Shown here piece by piece: positions 27,868 through 38,608 of a DNA stretch of 64,000 nt (the stretch's first letter is position 1; every line of letters starts with the position of its first letter). Position numbers and translations under genes: made by a program. Source of the DNA: Alphaproteobacteria bacterium (lineage in GTDB: Bacteria > Pseudomonadota > Alphaproteobacteria > CAAHEQ01 > UBA3637); NCBI GenBank assembly GCA_045605805.1, contig JAZUQR010000008.1, forward strand, positions 43,253 through 107,252, written 5' to 3'. The notes below the pieces were generated by a model. The model made no database searches and was not told where the DNA came from. It was given only the letters and a program-made list of their open reading frames with translations.

Positions 27868-29027
27868 GCTTTTTTAAGGACAGAAACTGTTATATGAAAA
27901 ACTATAACCTTTCTTTTGCGGAAAAATTGAAAGGGTTTGATTGGTGGCTTTTGCTTTTGGTTTGTTCGGTTGTTTTTATTGGTATTGGGATGCTGTATTC
28001 TGTTGGCGGGGGAAATTGGTCGCCTTGGGCCAGCAGACAGGCAATGCGTTTTTGTATGAGTTTGTGCTGTTTGATTGTGGTTGCTTTTTTTAATTTGCGT
28101 TTTTTTATGAAATATGCTTATTGGATTTATGGGGCAACTTTTTTGATGCTGATTGCGGTTGAATTGTTTGGTCATGTTGGCATGGGAGCGCAACGCTGGT
28201 TGAACTTAGGTGTGATTCATTTACAACCCTCTGAATGTATGAAAATTGCGTTGGTGTTAGCTTTGGCTCGTTATTTTCATGGGGCCAGTTTAGAGGATGT
28301 GCGCAAAATGAAGTTTATTTTCCCCCCCTTGTTGATGATGTTGGCTCCTGTGGCATTGATTTTGAAACAGCCTGATTTAGGAACGGCAATGATGTTGGTT
28401 TTTGTGACGGCTGCTATTTTCTTTTTGGTTGGTGTGCAAGTTTGGAAGTTCCTTGTGGTTGGTCTTGCTGGGTTATGTTCGTTGCCGATTATATGGAGCT
28501 TTTTGCATGATTATCAAAAAAAGCGTGTTTTGACTTTTTTGAATCCCGAAAATGATCCGATGGGGGCTGGTTATCATATTACTCAATCTAAAATCACTTT
28601 GGGTTCGGGTGGTTTTTGGGGCAAAGGTTTTATGCAAGGGACACAAAGTCGTTTAAGTTTTATTCCGGAAAAACAGACCGATTTTATTTTTACCGTTTTG
28701 GCCGAGGAGTTTGGTTTATTCGGTTCGTTGATTTTATATGGTTTATATATGGCTATTTTATGTTATGGTGTTTATATTGCGTTGAAATGCACCAATTTTT
28801 TTGGTAAGATTTTGGCTTTGGGTTTAACGGTGAACTTTTCGCTGTATGTGTTTATCAATATGGGCATGGTCATGGGCATAATGCCTGTGGTGGGTATTCC
28901 TTTGCCCTTGGTAAGCTATGGCGGAACGGCAATGATGACCTTATTTATTGGTTTTGGGTTGATGGAGTGTGTGGCCATCAATAAAGAAATGGTGATTGGG
29001 CGTTTGGGGTCAATAGATGATGAATAA
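27864..29027 (+). CDS. rodA: Rod shape-determining protein RodA
   Basis: GAQRW, QPSE, KQPDLGT, PEKQTDFIF and PLVSYGG SEDS motifs. Confidence 0.95.
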   Translation: MSFFKDRNCYMKNYNLSFAEKLKGFDWWLLLLVCSVVFIGIGMLYSVGGGNWSPWASRQAMRFCMSLCCLIVVAFFNLRFFMKYAYWIYGATFLMLIAVELFGHVGMGAQRWLNLGVIHLQPSECMKIALVLALARYFHGASLEDVRKMKFIFPPLLMMLAPVALILKQPDLGTAMMLVFVTAAIFFLVGVQVWKFLVVGLAGLCSLPIIWSFLHDYQKKRVLTFLNPENDPMGAGYHITQSKITLGSGGFWGKGFMQGTQSRLSFIPEKQTDFIFTVLAEEFGLFGSLILYGLYMAILCYGVYIALKCTNFFGKILALGLTVNFSLYVFINMGMVMGIMPVVGIPLPLVSYGGTAMMTLFIGFGLMECVAINKEMVIGRLGSIDDE

Positions 29028-30636
29028 TGTTGATTTGATGTTGGATAAGGCTTTTCAGGCTTTTAATACCAATGATTTAAGGTTGGCAGAAACTTTGTGC
29101 CGTGAGGCAATGCGTATTTTGCCAACACATGGGGATGCTCTTTATTTATTGGGGCTTATTGCCTATCGTGAGAAATCGTTGAATGTGGCATTGGATTTAT
29201 TGCATGAGGCGGTGACTTTGTATCCGGCGGTTGTCAATTATGAGCTGGCTTATGCCGAAGTTTTGCGGGCAAAGGGGTTGTTGGATGAGGCATTGGACAT
29301 TTATTTAAGACAAATGAATCATCCAAAAGTACGCACAGAAGCAGGTTTTATTTATTTATCACAAGGGAAGATGGCTTTGGCTAAACAATGTTTCCATACC
29401 GCTTTGAAAGATGATGAAAAAATTGCTTCGGCTTATTTGGGTTTGGCGATGTTTGCTAAAAATAAAAAGGAGAGAGAAAACTTTTTACTAAAAGCCTTTT
29501 CTTGTGAAGCGAATGAGAATACAGCCTATCAATTGGCATTGTTTTATGTGCGAGCAAAAGATTTTGCAAAGGCCGAAACTATTTTGAAAGAGTATTTAAT
29601 TTTCAGCCGTGATTGGACATTGTTTGCGGCTGTATTGGAAGGCTTAAAGCGTCCGGATGAGGCCATGGTTGCTTTGCAAAAGGCCATTGACTTGGATGCT
29701 TATAATACAGGGGCTTTTGTGCAACAAGGGCTTTTATTGGAACATTCCAAGGATTTAGATGGAGCTGCCTGTTCTTATCGCAAGGCTTTGGCGTTGGATG
29801 ATAGTTTAATTGAGGCACATGACGGTTTAAGCAATGTTTTGATGGCCAAAGGAGATTTTGCCTTGGCATTAGAGCATACCAGACGGGTTATTTTACATGA
29901 TCCTAATCATTCAGGCAGTTTGTATAAATTAGGGATTTTATTGGAGCAGACTGAGGACTTTGAAGAGGCTTTGGGGATTTATTTCAAACTTTTAATTTCA
30001 AAACCCAACAAAAAACATTTGGAAAAAAGGATTCATAAAACGATTTTAGCTTTGGCTCAAACCAAAAAGCGTTTGGCCAAAAAATTTGCCAAAGGATGGC
30101 TTAAAAACTTCCCTTGCTCTCGGTTTGCCCAACAAACTTGGAATATGTTGAAAGTGTTGCTTGTGGCTTTGTTGTTGGGATGTGCTTTGCCTTCGTTTGC
30201 TTTTGATGATGAGCAAAATCTGCTTGCATGGGATATGAAATATGCTGCGCAAGGGGATGCCGAAAGTCAATATAATATGGCTCAATTATGGGAAGAGGGT
30301 AAAAAAGTTCCAAAGGATTTGGATCGGGCTTCCTTTTATTACAAACAGGCGGCCAATCAAAATTATGTGCCAGCCGTGATGGCATTGGCTCGTTTGTATG
30401 GGACAAAAAATAATACTTCGCAGGCTATTCTCTATTATGAACAGGCAGCTGCGTTAGGGGCTGTGCCGGCTCAATTATATCTTGCTTCTTATTATGAAGA
30501 AAAAGCGGATTATGCTTTGGCTTATTCTTGGTTGGAGAAAGCTATGCGAAACATGTTTCCTGCACATGCCGATTTACACCAAGTTTCGCCTAAATTGGCT
30601 GAATTACACATTAAACTGCAAGCAAAGGTTGACTGA
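29017..30636 (+). CDS. TPR protein fused in frame to a Sel1-repeat protein
   Basis: TPR helices in the first ~370 aa; signal-peptide-like MLKVLLVALLLGCALPSFA at residue 377; AAQGDAESQY and YKQAANQ Sel1 repeats. Confidence 0.75.
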   Translation: MMNNVDLMLDKAFQAFNTNDLRLAETLCREAMRILPTHGDALYLLGLIAYREKSLNVALDLLHEAVTLYPAVVNYELAYAEVLRAKGLLDEALDIYLRQMNHPKVRTEAGFIYLSQGKMALAKQCFHTALKDDEKIASAYLGLAMFAKNKKERENFLLKAFSCEANENTAYQLALFYVRAKDFAKAETILKEYLIFSRDWTLFAAVLEGLKRPDEAMVALQKAIDLDAYNTGAFVQQGLLLEHSKDLDGAACSYRKALALDDSLIEAHDGLSNVLMAKGDFALALEHTRRVILHDPNHSGSLYKLGILLEQTEDFEEALGIYFKLLISKPNKKHLEKRIHKTILALAQTKKRLAKKFAKGWLKNFPCSRFAQQTWNMLKVLLVALLLGCALPSFAFDDEQNLLAWDMKYAAQGDAESQYNMAQLWEEGKKVPKDLDRASFYYKQAANQNYVPAVMALARLYGTKNNTSQAILYYEQAAALGAVPAQLYLASYYEEKADYALAYSWLEKAMRNMFPAHADLHQVSPKLAELHIKLQAKVD

Positions 30637-31532
30637 TGAAGCACATTCGGGTTTATTCGGCACCTATGGCGGGGATTTCGGATTATCCTTTTCGGCAAAT
30701 GCTGCGTCAGTTTGGCAATCAGACTTTGTTTTCTGAAATGATTGGGGTGGAAACCTTGATTCATGGGCATCCGAAGACATTAAAGATGCTTACTTTTGAT
30801 AAAGAAAAGGATGTGGTTGTACAATTGGTGGGGGCAAAGCCAGCGTCTATGGCAAAGGCTGCAGCGATTGTCGCAGATGCGGGTGCTTGCGGCATTGATA
30901 TCAATATGGGGTGTCCGGTTAGAAAGTTGATTCAGAATCACTCGGGTGCTATGTTGATGAAAGAGGTGGATTTGGCGTGCCGCTTGGTGGCGGCTGTGAA
31001 ATCTTGTGTGGACTTGCCTGTTTCGGTTAAAACCCGTTTGGGATGGGATAAAGTGCAGGATTTTGTGGATTTTGTGCCTGCGCTTGTTTCGGCAGGGGCA
31101 GAACGCATTGAGATTCATGCCCGCACAAAGGAAATGGGTTATCAAGGCAAGGCTGATTGGGGCCTTTTGAAGGCTTTGAATGTGGATGTTCCTGTGGTTG
31201 TAAATGGTGATATTAAAGATTTTTCTTCAGCCGTTGATGCTCTGGATTTAAGTGGTGCAGAGGCTGTGATGGTGGGGCGGGCGTTGTTGGGCCGACCTTG
31301 GCGTTTGGCAGAAATTGAACAAAATTGCAAGTTAAAGGTGTGTTTGTCTGATGTCGTTTTAAGACACTTGGATTTGTTGCTGTCACACTATGGAAAAGCT
31401 GGTTTATATGTGGCTCGTAAGCATTTGGCATGGTACGCCACCCATAAAAAAGGTGTTGCAAAGTGGCGTGAAAAAATGTATTCTTTAGAAGATGAACACG
31501 CAGTTATCAAGATGATTCAAGATTTTTTTTAA
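30636..31532 (+). CDS. dusB: tRNA-dihydrouridine synthase
   Basis: APMAGISD, DINMGCP, VNGDI and VMVGR motifs. Confidence 0.9.
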   Translation: MKHIRVYSAPMAGISDYPFRQMLRQFGNQTLFSEMIGVETLIHGHPKTLKMLTFDKEKDVVVQLVGAKPASMAKAAAIVADAGACGIDINMGCPVRKLIQNHSGAMLMKEVDLACRLVAAVKSCVDLPVSVKTRLGWDKVQDFVDFVPALVSAGAERIEIHARTKEMGYQGKADWGLLKALNVDVPVVVNGDIKDFSSAVDALDLSGAEAVMVGRALLGRPWRLAEIEQNCKLKVCLSDVVLRHLDLLLSHYGKAGLYVARKHLAWYATHKKGVAKWREKMYSLEDEHAVIKMIQDFF

Positions 31533-31544
31533 GGGGAGGGTTGA

Positions 31545-32912
31545 ATGAAAGTTGTTATTGTGGGTGCTGGTCAAGTTGGTGTTGCGTTGGCAAAGTATTT
31601 GCGCATGGAGGACCATTCAGTTGTTTTGGTGGATGATAAAAAAGAAAATCTTTTATATCTTTCAGAACAGTTGGATATTCAGACTGTGTTTGGTTCTGGT
31701 ACTTCTGTTTCTGTTTTAACCCGAGCCGGTACAAAAGATGCGGATATTTTCTTATCTGTGACGGGAAATGATGAGGTCAATTTAATTTCTTGTATGTTGG
31801 CAAAGACTTTGTTCCATGTGAATAAGCGGATTGCACGGTTGACTTCTTCGGAATATCTTGATAAAAAAAATGCGGCTTTTTTGGAAAGTTTATCTTTGGA
31901 TGTGGTTGTTTCGCCGGAAGAGGAAACGGCTAAACGCATTTTGGCCGATTTAAGTATTCATGGGGCAGTTGATGTCACTTCTTTTGCTGATTCAAAAGTG
32001 GAGTTTATTGGTTTGAAATGTCGCAAAAACTGTGCTTTGGTTGGGCAAACTGTGCGTCAGGTGCGTGATTTATTGGGTAATGTCAATTTTACCATTGTTT
32101 CAGTGCATCGCAAAAATCAGTTGGTTGATTTGGAAGAAACGCCCATCAAGGCAGGGGATGATATCTATTTCTTCGTGGCCTCTGGTCATTTGGAAAGGGT
32201 ATTGGATATTTTTGGTTATACTGTTCAATCGCCAGATAATGTGGTGATTTTTGGCGGCGGACATATTGGTTATCGTTTGGGTAAGTTATTGGAAGCCCCA
32301 CTGTATAAGCAAAATTTGACTATTATTGAAAAGTCTGATGAGAGGGCAAACTTTTTGGCCTCTCATTTAGATGAAGCGATTATTTTGAAAAGTGATGGTT
32401 TTGATGATAAATTGTTGGAAGAAATTGATTTCAAACACTTTGATATGGCGGTGGCAACAACCCATAATGATGAGAACAATGTTTTGCTGTCATTGTTGGC
32501 CAAACGCAATGGCATTATGAGGTCTTGTGCTTTGATTCGTAATAATTTATACATGAATTATTTGAATGGTTTGGGTATTGATTGTTTTATCAATCCCAAT
32601 GCTGTGATGGTGTCGGCTATTTTACAGCATTTGCGCAAAGGTCGTGTGCAAGATGGCTATTTCTTGCAATCCGGTTTGGGTGAGGTGTTGCAGATTGAAG
32701 TTTTACCTACGGCTCGGATTACAAAATCGCCTTTGGGACGTATTAAAATCCCAAAAGGAATTATCTTAGGGGGTATTTTGCGTGAGGATGTGTTTATGTG
32801 TCCGGATGACGATTTGATGATTCAAGCCGGTGATATTGCTTTTGTTTTTGCTGAAAAAGGATATGTGCGTGATGCCGAAAAATTGTTTATGGTGGATTTG
32901 ACATTTTTTTAA
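31545..32912 (+). CDS. trkA: Trk potassium uptake protein TrkA
   Basis: Two RCK domains, IVGAGQVG and IFGGGHIG. Confidence 0.93.
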   Translation: MKVVIVGAGQVGVALAKYLRMEDHSVVLVDDKKENLLYLSEQLDIQTVFGSGTSVSVLTRAGTKDADIFLSVTGNDEVNLISCMLAKTLFHVNKRIARLTSSEYLDKKNAAFLESLSLDVVVSPEEETAKRILADLSIHGAVDVTSFADSKVEFIGLKCRKNCALVGQTVRQVRDLLGNVNFTIVSVHRKNQLVDLEETPIKAGDDIYFFVASGHLERVLDIFGYTVQSPDNVVIFGGGHIGYRLGKLLEAPLYKQNLTIIEKSDERANFLASHLDEAIILKSDGFDDKLLEEIDFKHFDMAVATTHNDENNVLLSLLAKRNGIMRSCALIRNNLYMNYLNGLGIDCFINPNAVMVSAILQHLRKGRVQDGYFLQSGLGEVLQIEVLPTARITKSPLGRIKIPKGIILGGILREDVFMCPDDDLMIQAGDIAFVFAEKGYVRDAEKLFMVDLTFF

Positions 32913-32915
32913 GGA

Positions 32916-35900
32916 ATGAATATGAATAAATTATCGGGTATTCCATCTGGGTTTGAACCGTTTGTTTTGAAAAAACTTGTAAAGAAACACAATGTTGTGG
33001 TTCATGTGGCTCAAAATGAAAACAGATTGCGTTTTTTGGCGGATTTGTTGAAGGTGATTTACCCAAAACAAAAAGTGTTGGTTTTGCCCCCATGGGATAC
33101 TGTGCCCTATGACAGAACGGCACCGGCTGCGGAGGTGATTGGAAATCAGGTGGATGTTTTGATGGCGGCTGTTCAAGGTGTTCAAGAGACAATTGTTTTA
33201 ACTTCGGTGTCGGTTTGGTCACAATTGTTGCCTCCAAAAGATTTTTTTCAAAACAGAATGTTAAAAATCAAACAGGGCGAGATGTGTTCCTTTGATACGG
33301 TGCTTTCTTTTTTGAATGAGAACGGTTATCAACGCACTGATGTGGTGATGGAATCGGGTGAATACGCTGTGCGGGGTGGTATTTTAGATGTTTTTGCGGC
33401 CGGCATGGGCGAACCTGTGCGGTTGGATTTTTTTGGTGATGAAGTTGATTCTATTCGCACTTTTGATGCGGTGACACAACGGACTTTGGCCAAAATTGAT
33501 GCCTTTTGTATCAAACCAAACCGTTTGTTTTTCTTGGACGAAAAAACACAGCAAAGGTTTAGAAGCCGTTATCGGGATTTATTTGGTGAGGTAAGAGATG
33601 ATGCCATTTATCAAGCGGTTTCCGAAGGACGCTATGTTCAAGGAATGGAACATTATTTACCATTGTTTTATGAAAAAATGGTGCATTTAACGGATTATTT
33701 TTCGCAGGCTGTTTTTACTTTTGATGCCCAATTTTATCAATCTTTTTCGGCTCGGGAAGCGCAAATAGAAGATTATTATCAGGCAAGATTACAAGCGATG
33801 CATGATAGAAATATGGCCCAAACAGCTTATTATCCTATTCCAAAAGAATTATTTTTTATTGATAAAAATCAAAGTGATAATTTAATTTCTTCATTTAATT
33901 CTTTAATCTTTACGCCTTTCCAAGATGTGGGGGCAAAAGATCAAGGCGCCCGCATGGGGCGAGATTTTGTTGATGTGCGGGTGAAAAATGATCGGGATAT
34001 TTTTGAAGCGGTGGCAGACTTTATTCGCACTTCGGATAAAAAAGTGATTGTGACGGCTTGTACAGGTGGGTCAGGGCAACGGATTTTAGCTCAATTAAAA
34101 GAAAAGAATCTTTTTCTTTTTGAGGCTGATAGTTGGGAAAGTGCTAACACGCACGCTCCCAGTTTGTTTATTTGCCCCTTTACAAGTGGCTTCCAGACAA
34201 ATGATTTTATTGTGATTACAGAAACGGATATGTTTGGCGAGAGGATTCAACGGACTGTTCGGAAAAAGCGAGCGGAAAACTTTATTCAAGATATTTCAGC
34301 TTTATCTGTGGGTGATTTGGTTGTGCATACTGTGCATGGTATTGGGCAATTTGCAGGGCTTGTGCCGTTGCAATTAAATGGAGCCGCCCATGATTGTTTG
34401 TGCATTTTATATGCGGACAATGACAAACTTTTTGTGCCGGTTGAAAATGCGGATGTATTGTCCCGATATGGTTCGGGCGAAGTGGCGTTGGATCGGATGG
34501 GGTCTCACAGTTTTGAAAACAAGAAGGAACGGGTAAAAAAAGATTTATTTGCTATGGCGGACAAATTGTTGGATATTGCTTCTCAACGCCTGTTGAATAA
34601 AACAGATCGTATTTTGGCCCCCCATGGTTTATATCAAGAGTTTTGCGCCCGTTTTCCTTATGCCGAAACAGAAGATCAATTGCGCACTATTCAAGAAATT
34701 GAAACAGATTTGGCCAAAGGGACTCCTATGGATCGTTTGGTGTGTGGAGATGTGGGGTTTGGCAAAACAGAAGTGGCTATGCGGGCGGCCTTTTTGGCTG
34801 TTTTAAGTGGCAAACAAGTTGTGATTGTGGCTCCAACTACTTTGTTGGCCAGACAGCATGCTCAAAACTTTGTGGACAGATTCAAGGGCTTCCCTGTGCG
34901 GATTGACAGTCTTTCCCGCTTGGTGAGTGCGACACGCAGCAAACAAATCAAAAAAGAGTTAGAGCAAGGGACTTTGGACATTGTTGTGGGGACTCATGCG
35001 GTTTTAAGCAAAAATATCAAGTTTAAGAATCTGGGTCTTGTGATTGTGGATGAGGAACAACATTTTGGTGTGGCTCATAAAGAACGCTTGAAAGAGCTTA
35101 AAACAGGGGTGCATGTGTTGACCTTAACAGCGACCCCAATTCCAAGAACCTTACAATTATCTTTGTCGGGTGTGCGTGAATTATCTGTGATTGCCACACC
35201 GCCTGTGGATCGGTTGGCGGTTAAAACATATGTGATGCCCTTTGATGCGGTTGTGATTAAAGAGGCTATTTTACGAGAACATTTTCGGGGCGGGCAGAGC
35301 TTTTTTGTTGTGCCTCGTATTTCTGATATGGCAGAGGTGGCCGATGTTTTGAAGGCAATTTTGCCAGATATTCGGGTGGTTCAAGCACACGGACAAATGG
35401 CCGCTACTCAATTGGAAAAAATTATGACAGATTTTTCCGAAAAGAAGTTTGATGTTCTTTTGGCAACCAGTATCATTGAGTCCGGCTTGGATATTTCGTC
35501 TGTGAATACAATGATTGTTTATCGGGCGGATATGTTTGGTTTGGCGGCTTTATATCAATTGCGTGGTCGTGTTGGCAGGGGCAAGATTAAAGCCTATGCT
35601 TATTTAACAACACCAGAAAACAAAACTTTATCCGAAATGGCACGCAAACGATTGGAAGTGATTGGCCGATTAGATAGTTTGGGGGCAGGCTTTGCTTTGG
35701 CCAGTCATGATTTGGATATTCGGGGGGCTGGCAACCTGTTAGGAGATGATCAATCGGGACATATTCGTGAAATCGGTGTGGCTCTTTATCAAAAAATGTT
35801 GGCTGAGACAGTGGCCTCTTTACGGGCAGAAAAGTTTGGTGAAAAAGAAGATGTGGTGCAAGATTTTTCGCCACAGATTTCTGTGGGCTTGCCTGTTTTG

Positions 35901-36317
35901 ATTCCGGATACTTATGTGGCCGATTTGGATGTGCGTATGGATTTATATCACAGAATGAGTGAACTTTCTTCCCTTGATGAGATAGAGTCTATGCGGGCAG
36001 AGTTGATTGACCGTTTTGGACAATATCCAACAGAAACGGAAAATCTGTTTTTAACTTTGGAGCTTAAAGTGTTGGCTAAACAGGCCCATATTGAACGTTT
36101 GGATGCGGGTGATAAAGGGGCAACGGTGACTTTCTTTAACAATACTTTTCCTAATCCTGCTGGTATGATTCAATATATTCAAAGCCAATTGGGCACTATG
36201 AAATTGCGGCCGGATCAAAAATTGATTGTGATGCGCCCTTGGACAAAAGTTGAAAGTCGCTTGAAAGGGGTGCGGGATATGATTCAAAAGTTTGCGGAAT
36301 TGGCAAAAAAGAATTGA
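32916..36317 (+). CDS. mfd: Transcription-repair coupling factor
   Basis: CGDVGFGKTEVA, DEEQHFG, QLRGRVGR and DLDIRGAGNLLG motifs. Confidence 0.97.
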   Translation: MNMNKLSGIPSGFEPFVLKKLVKKHNVVVHVAQNENRLRFLADLLKVIYPKQKVLVLPPWDTVPYDRTAPAAEVIGNQVDVLMAAVQGVQETIVLTSVSVWSQLLPPKDFFQNRMLKIKQGEMCSFDTVLSFLNENGYQRTDVVMESGEYAVRGGILDVFAAGMGEPVRLDFFGDEVDSIRTFDAVTQRTLAKIDAFCIKPNRLFFLDEKTQQRFRSRYRDLFGEVRDDAIYQAVSEGRYVQGMEHYLPLFYEKMVHLTDYFSQAVFTFDAQFYQSFSAREAQIEDYYQARLQAMHDRNMAQTAYYPIPKELFFIDKNQSDNLISSFNSLIFTPFQDVGAKDQGARMGRDFVDVRVKNDRDIFEAVADFIRTSDKKVIVTACTGGSGQRILAQLKEKNLFLFEADSWESANTHAPSLFICPFTSGFQTNDFIVITETDMFGERIQRTVRKKRAENFIQDISALSVGDLVVHTVHGIGQFAGLVPLQLNGAAHDCLCILYADNDKLFVPVENADVLSRYGSGEVALDRMGSHSFENKKERVKKDLFAMADKLLDIASQRLLNKTDRILAPHGLYQEFCARFPYAETEDQLRTIQEIETDLAKGTPMDRLVCGDVGFGKTEVAMRAAFLAVLSGKQVVIVAPTTLLARQHAQNFVDRFKGFPVRIDSLSRLVSATRSKQIKKELEQGTLDIVVGTHAVLSKNIKFKNLGLVIVDEEQHFGVAHKERLKELKTGVHVLTLTATPIPRTLQLSLSGVRELSVIATPPVDRLAVKTYVMPFDAVVIKEAILREHFRGGQSFFVVPRISDMAEVADVLKAILPDIRVVQAHGQMAATQLEKIMTDFSEKKFDVLLATSIIESGLDISSVNTMIVYRADMFGLAALYQLRGRVGRGKIKAYAYLTTPENKTLSEMARKRLEVIGRLDSLGAGFALASHDLDIRGAGNLLGDDQSGHIREIGVALYQKMLAETVASLRAEKFGEKEDVVQDFSPQISVGLPVLIPDTYVADLDVRMDLYHRMSELSSLDEIESMRAELIDRFGQYPTETENLFLTLELKVLAKQAHIERLDAGDKGATVTFFNNTFPNPAGMIQYIQSQLGTMKLRPDQKLIVMRPWTKVESRLKGVRDMIQKFAELAKKN

Positions 36318-36379
36318 TTTTTTGCGAATAAACGGATATAATATACCCATTCAAACGCAATCAACGGAAAGGATCACCC

Positions 36380-38092
36380 ATGCGTCAATCAAAACTTATT
36401 TCCAAAAAACACAAAGAAAAACCGGCTGATGCCACTTTGGCAAGTCATATTTATTTGTTGCGTGGCGGCTATATTCGCCCTGTGGCAAATGGGATATATT
36501 CTTTATTGCCTCCGGCAAAACGCATTCAACAAAAAATTGAAGCCATTATTCGTGAAGAAATGAACAAAGTGGATGGGCAAGAAGTTATGATGCCTGTGGT
36601 GATGCCTCGTGAGCTATGGGATGAGTCGCAACGGTGGGATTCTGTTGGGCCGGAATTGCTGCGCTTTAAGGACAGAACAGGGCATGATATGTTGCTTGGG
36701 ATGACACATGAGGAGGCTTGTACTGCCTTGGCAAGAACAGAGGTGACAAGTTATCGTGATTATCCTTTTATGTTGTATCAGATTCAGACAAAATATCGGG
36801 ATGAAGCCCGTTCTCGGGGGGGATTGGTGCGTGTGCGTGAGTTCACTATGAAGGATGCTTATTCTTTCCACACCAATGAAGCCGATTTGGATGCATATTA
36901 TAACCGTATGGCAAAGGCATATGACAATGTTTATCGTCGGATTGGGATTCCCGAAGTGGTGGCCATTCAATCGGATACCGGTATGATGGGGGGCAAGGTT
37001 GCCCATGAATATCAATTGGTGACCGATGCCGGAGAAGACAAAATTGTGGCTTGTGATACTTGTCATTCTTATTGGAACTTGGAAGTGGCACATACCAATT
37101 ATACCTATATGCCAGAAGAATTGTTGCCTTTGGAAGAAATTGAAACACCCAATGTCAAAACAATTGATGATTTGGTGACATTGACGGGGATTCCCGCAAT
37201 AAAGATGGCAAAGATTGTTTTTTATACAACCGAACAAAATGAAACTGTTGCCGTGATGATTCGGGGCGATTTAGAAATCAATGAAACAAAATTGGCCAAG
37301 GTTTTGAAATGTTTATTTAACTTTGCAACGGATGCAGAAGTTTTGAAGGTGGGTGCTGTCCCTGGTTTTGCAACAGGGATGGGTCTTTCTTGTAAGGTTT
37401 TTGCCGATAAATCTGTGTCAGGTGCGTATAACCTTGTTTGTGGGGCAAACAAAGAAGGGTATCATTTGAAAAACTTTAATGTTGGACGAGATGTGCCAGA
37501 GGCAGAAGTTGTGGATGTTGCCACAGTGAAGGATGGGGATATTTGTCCAAAGTGTGGGGCAAAGTTGCGTTTAACTCGGGGCATTGAGGTTGGTAATATC
37601 TTTAAGTTGGGTACAAAATATACCGCTTCTATGAATATGACCTATACAGATGAAAATGGGGAAGATAAAGTGCCCTTGATGGCGTGTTATGGTATTGGTG
37701 TGGGGCGTTCTTTGGCTTCTGTAATTGAGGCCAAACATGATGATTATGGTCCCATTTGGCCTTTATCTATTGCTCCATGGCAAGTTCAAATCAACGCAAT
37801 GGGTTTGGACAAAGAAGGTATTCAGGAAGTGGCCGAAAAACTTTATGCGGATTTGGAACAAGCAGGCATTGAGGTTTTATATGATGATCGTAATTTGTCG
37901 GCTGGTGTTCAGTTTGCTGAGGCGGACTTGACAGGTATTCCTTTGCGTTTGATTGTTGCTCCCAAAGCGTTGGCGCAAGGGATGATTGAATATAAAGTGC
38001 GTGGAACAGATGAAAAAGGATTGATTCCTGTGGAGGAGGCTGTCTCATTTGCACAAAATTGGATTCAAAAAGAAATGGAAAAATATAAATAA
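36380..38092 (+). CDS. proS: Proline-tRNA ligase, long form with editing domain
   Basis: THEE, RDEAR.RGGL.R.REFTMKDAYSF, GIEVGNIFKLG and CYGIGVGR motifs; 570 aa. Confidence 0.97.
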   Translation: MRQSKLISKKHKEKPADATLASHIYLLRGGYIRPVANGIYSLLPPAKRIQQKIEAIIREEMNKVDGQEVMMPVVMPRELWDESQRWDSVGPELLRFKDRTGHDMLLGMTHEEACTALARTEVTSYRDYPFMLYQIQTKYRDEARSRGGLVRVREFTMKDAYSFHTNEADLDAYYNRMAKAYDNVYRRIGIPEVVAIQSDTGMMGGKVAHEYQLVTDAGEDKIVACDTCHSYWNLEVAHTNYTYMPEELLPLEEIETPNVKTIDDLVTLTGIPAIKMAKIVFYTTEQNETVAVMIRGDLEINETKLAKVLKCLFNFATDAEVLKVGAVPGFATGMGLSCKVFADKSVSGAYNLVCGANKEGYHLKNFNVGRDVPEAEVVDVATVKDGDICPKCGAKLRLTRGIEVGNIFKLGTKYTASMNMTYTDENGEDKVPLMACYGIGVGRSLASVIEAKHDDYGPIWPLSIAPWQVQINAMGLDKEGIQEVAEKLYADLEQAGIEVLYDDRNLSAGVQFAEADLTGIPLRLIVAPKALAQGMIEYKVRGTDEKGLIPVEEAVSFAQNWIQKEMEKYK

Positions 38093-38115
38093 AAGTTTTC
38101 TATTTTATAAAAATC

Positions 38116-38143
38116 AAGCCCCAATTTGATTGGGGCTTTTTTT
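38116..38143. terminator. Intrinsic terminator between convergent genes
   Basis: AAGCCCCA/TGGGGCTT stem followed by a T run. Confidence 0.7.
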
Positions 38144-38157
38144 GTGGTATGTATTGA

Positions 38158-38607
38158 TTAAAATTTGGATAAGTCCAGTTTATTGCCTGGAACAATACCA
38201 TATTTTTTTGCTTCTCCGGCATTGATTTCCAAAACACCTGCCACAGGGTGGTTTGGGGTGATAACACTTAAATCATGCGGTTTAGCGTTATAATGAATGT
38301 GAACAATCATTCCGTTATGATCAAAGAAAATCATATCCAAAGGAATCAATGTGTTCTTCATCCACATGTGGGCATGGCGCACGGGCTTAAACAAAAAAAT
38401 CATTCCTGTTTTAGGAGCTAGATAACGTCTGTGCATTAAGCCTTTTTGTTGTTGCTGTGGCGTAATCGCTTTTTCTACACGAAAGTATGTTGGTCCATTT
38501 TCGGTTGAAATGGTGAGTTTTGTTTTTCCGCAAAAGTAAATATAGATAAAAGAAATCAAAAATATTGTAATCAGCGCAATGATGGATATTTTAAGTGTTT
38601 TTTTCAT
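38158..38607 (-). CDS. DUF192 family protein
   Basis: GLMHR, GMIFLF, MWMKNTLIPLDMIF and VLEINAG motifs. Confidence 0.9.
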   Translation of the reverse strand: MKKTLKISIIALITIFLISFIYIYFCGKTKLTISTENGPTYFRVEKAITPQQQQKGLMHRRYLAPKTGMIFLFKPVRHAHMWMKNTLIPLDMIFFDHNGMIVHIHYNAKPHDLSVITPNHPVAGVLEINAGEAKKYGIVPGNKLDLSKF

Positions 38608-38608
38608 G

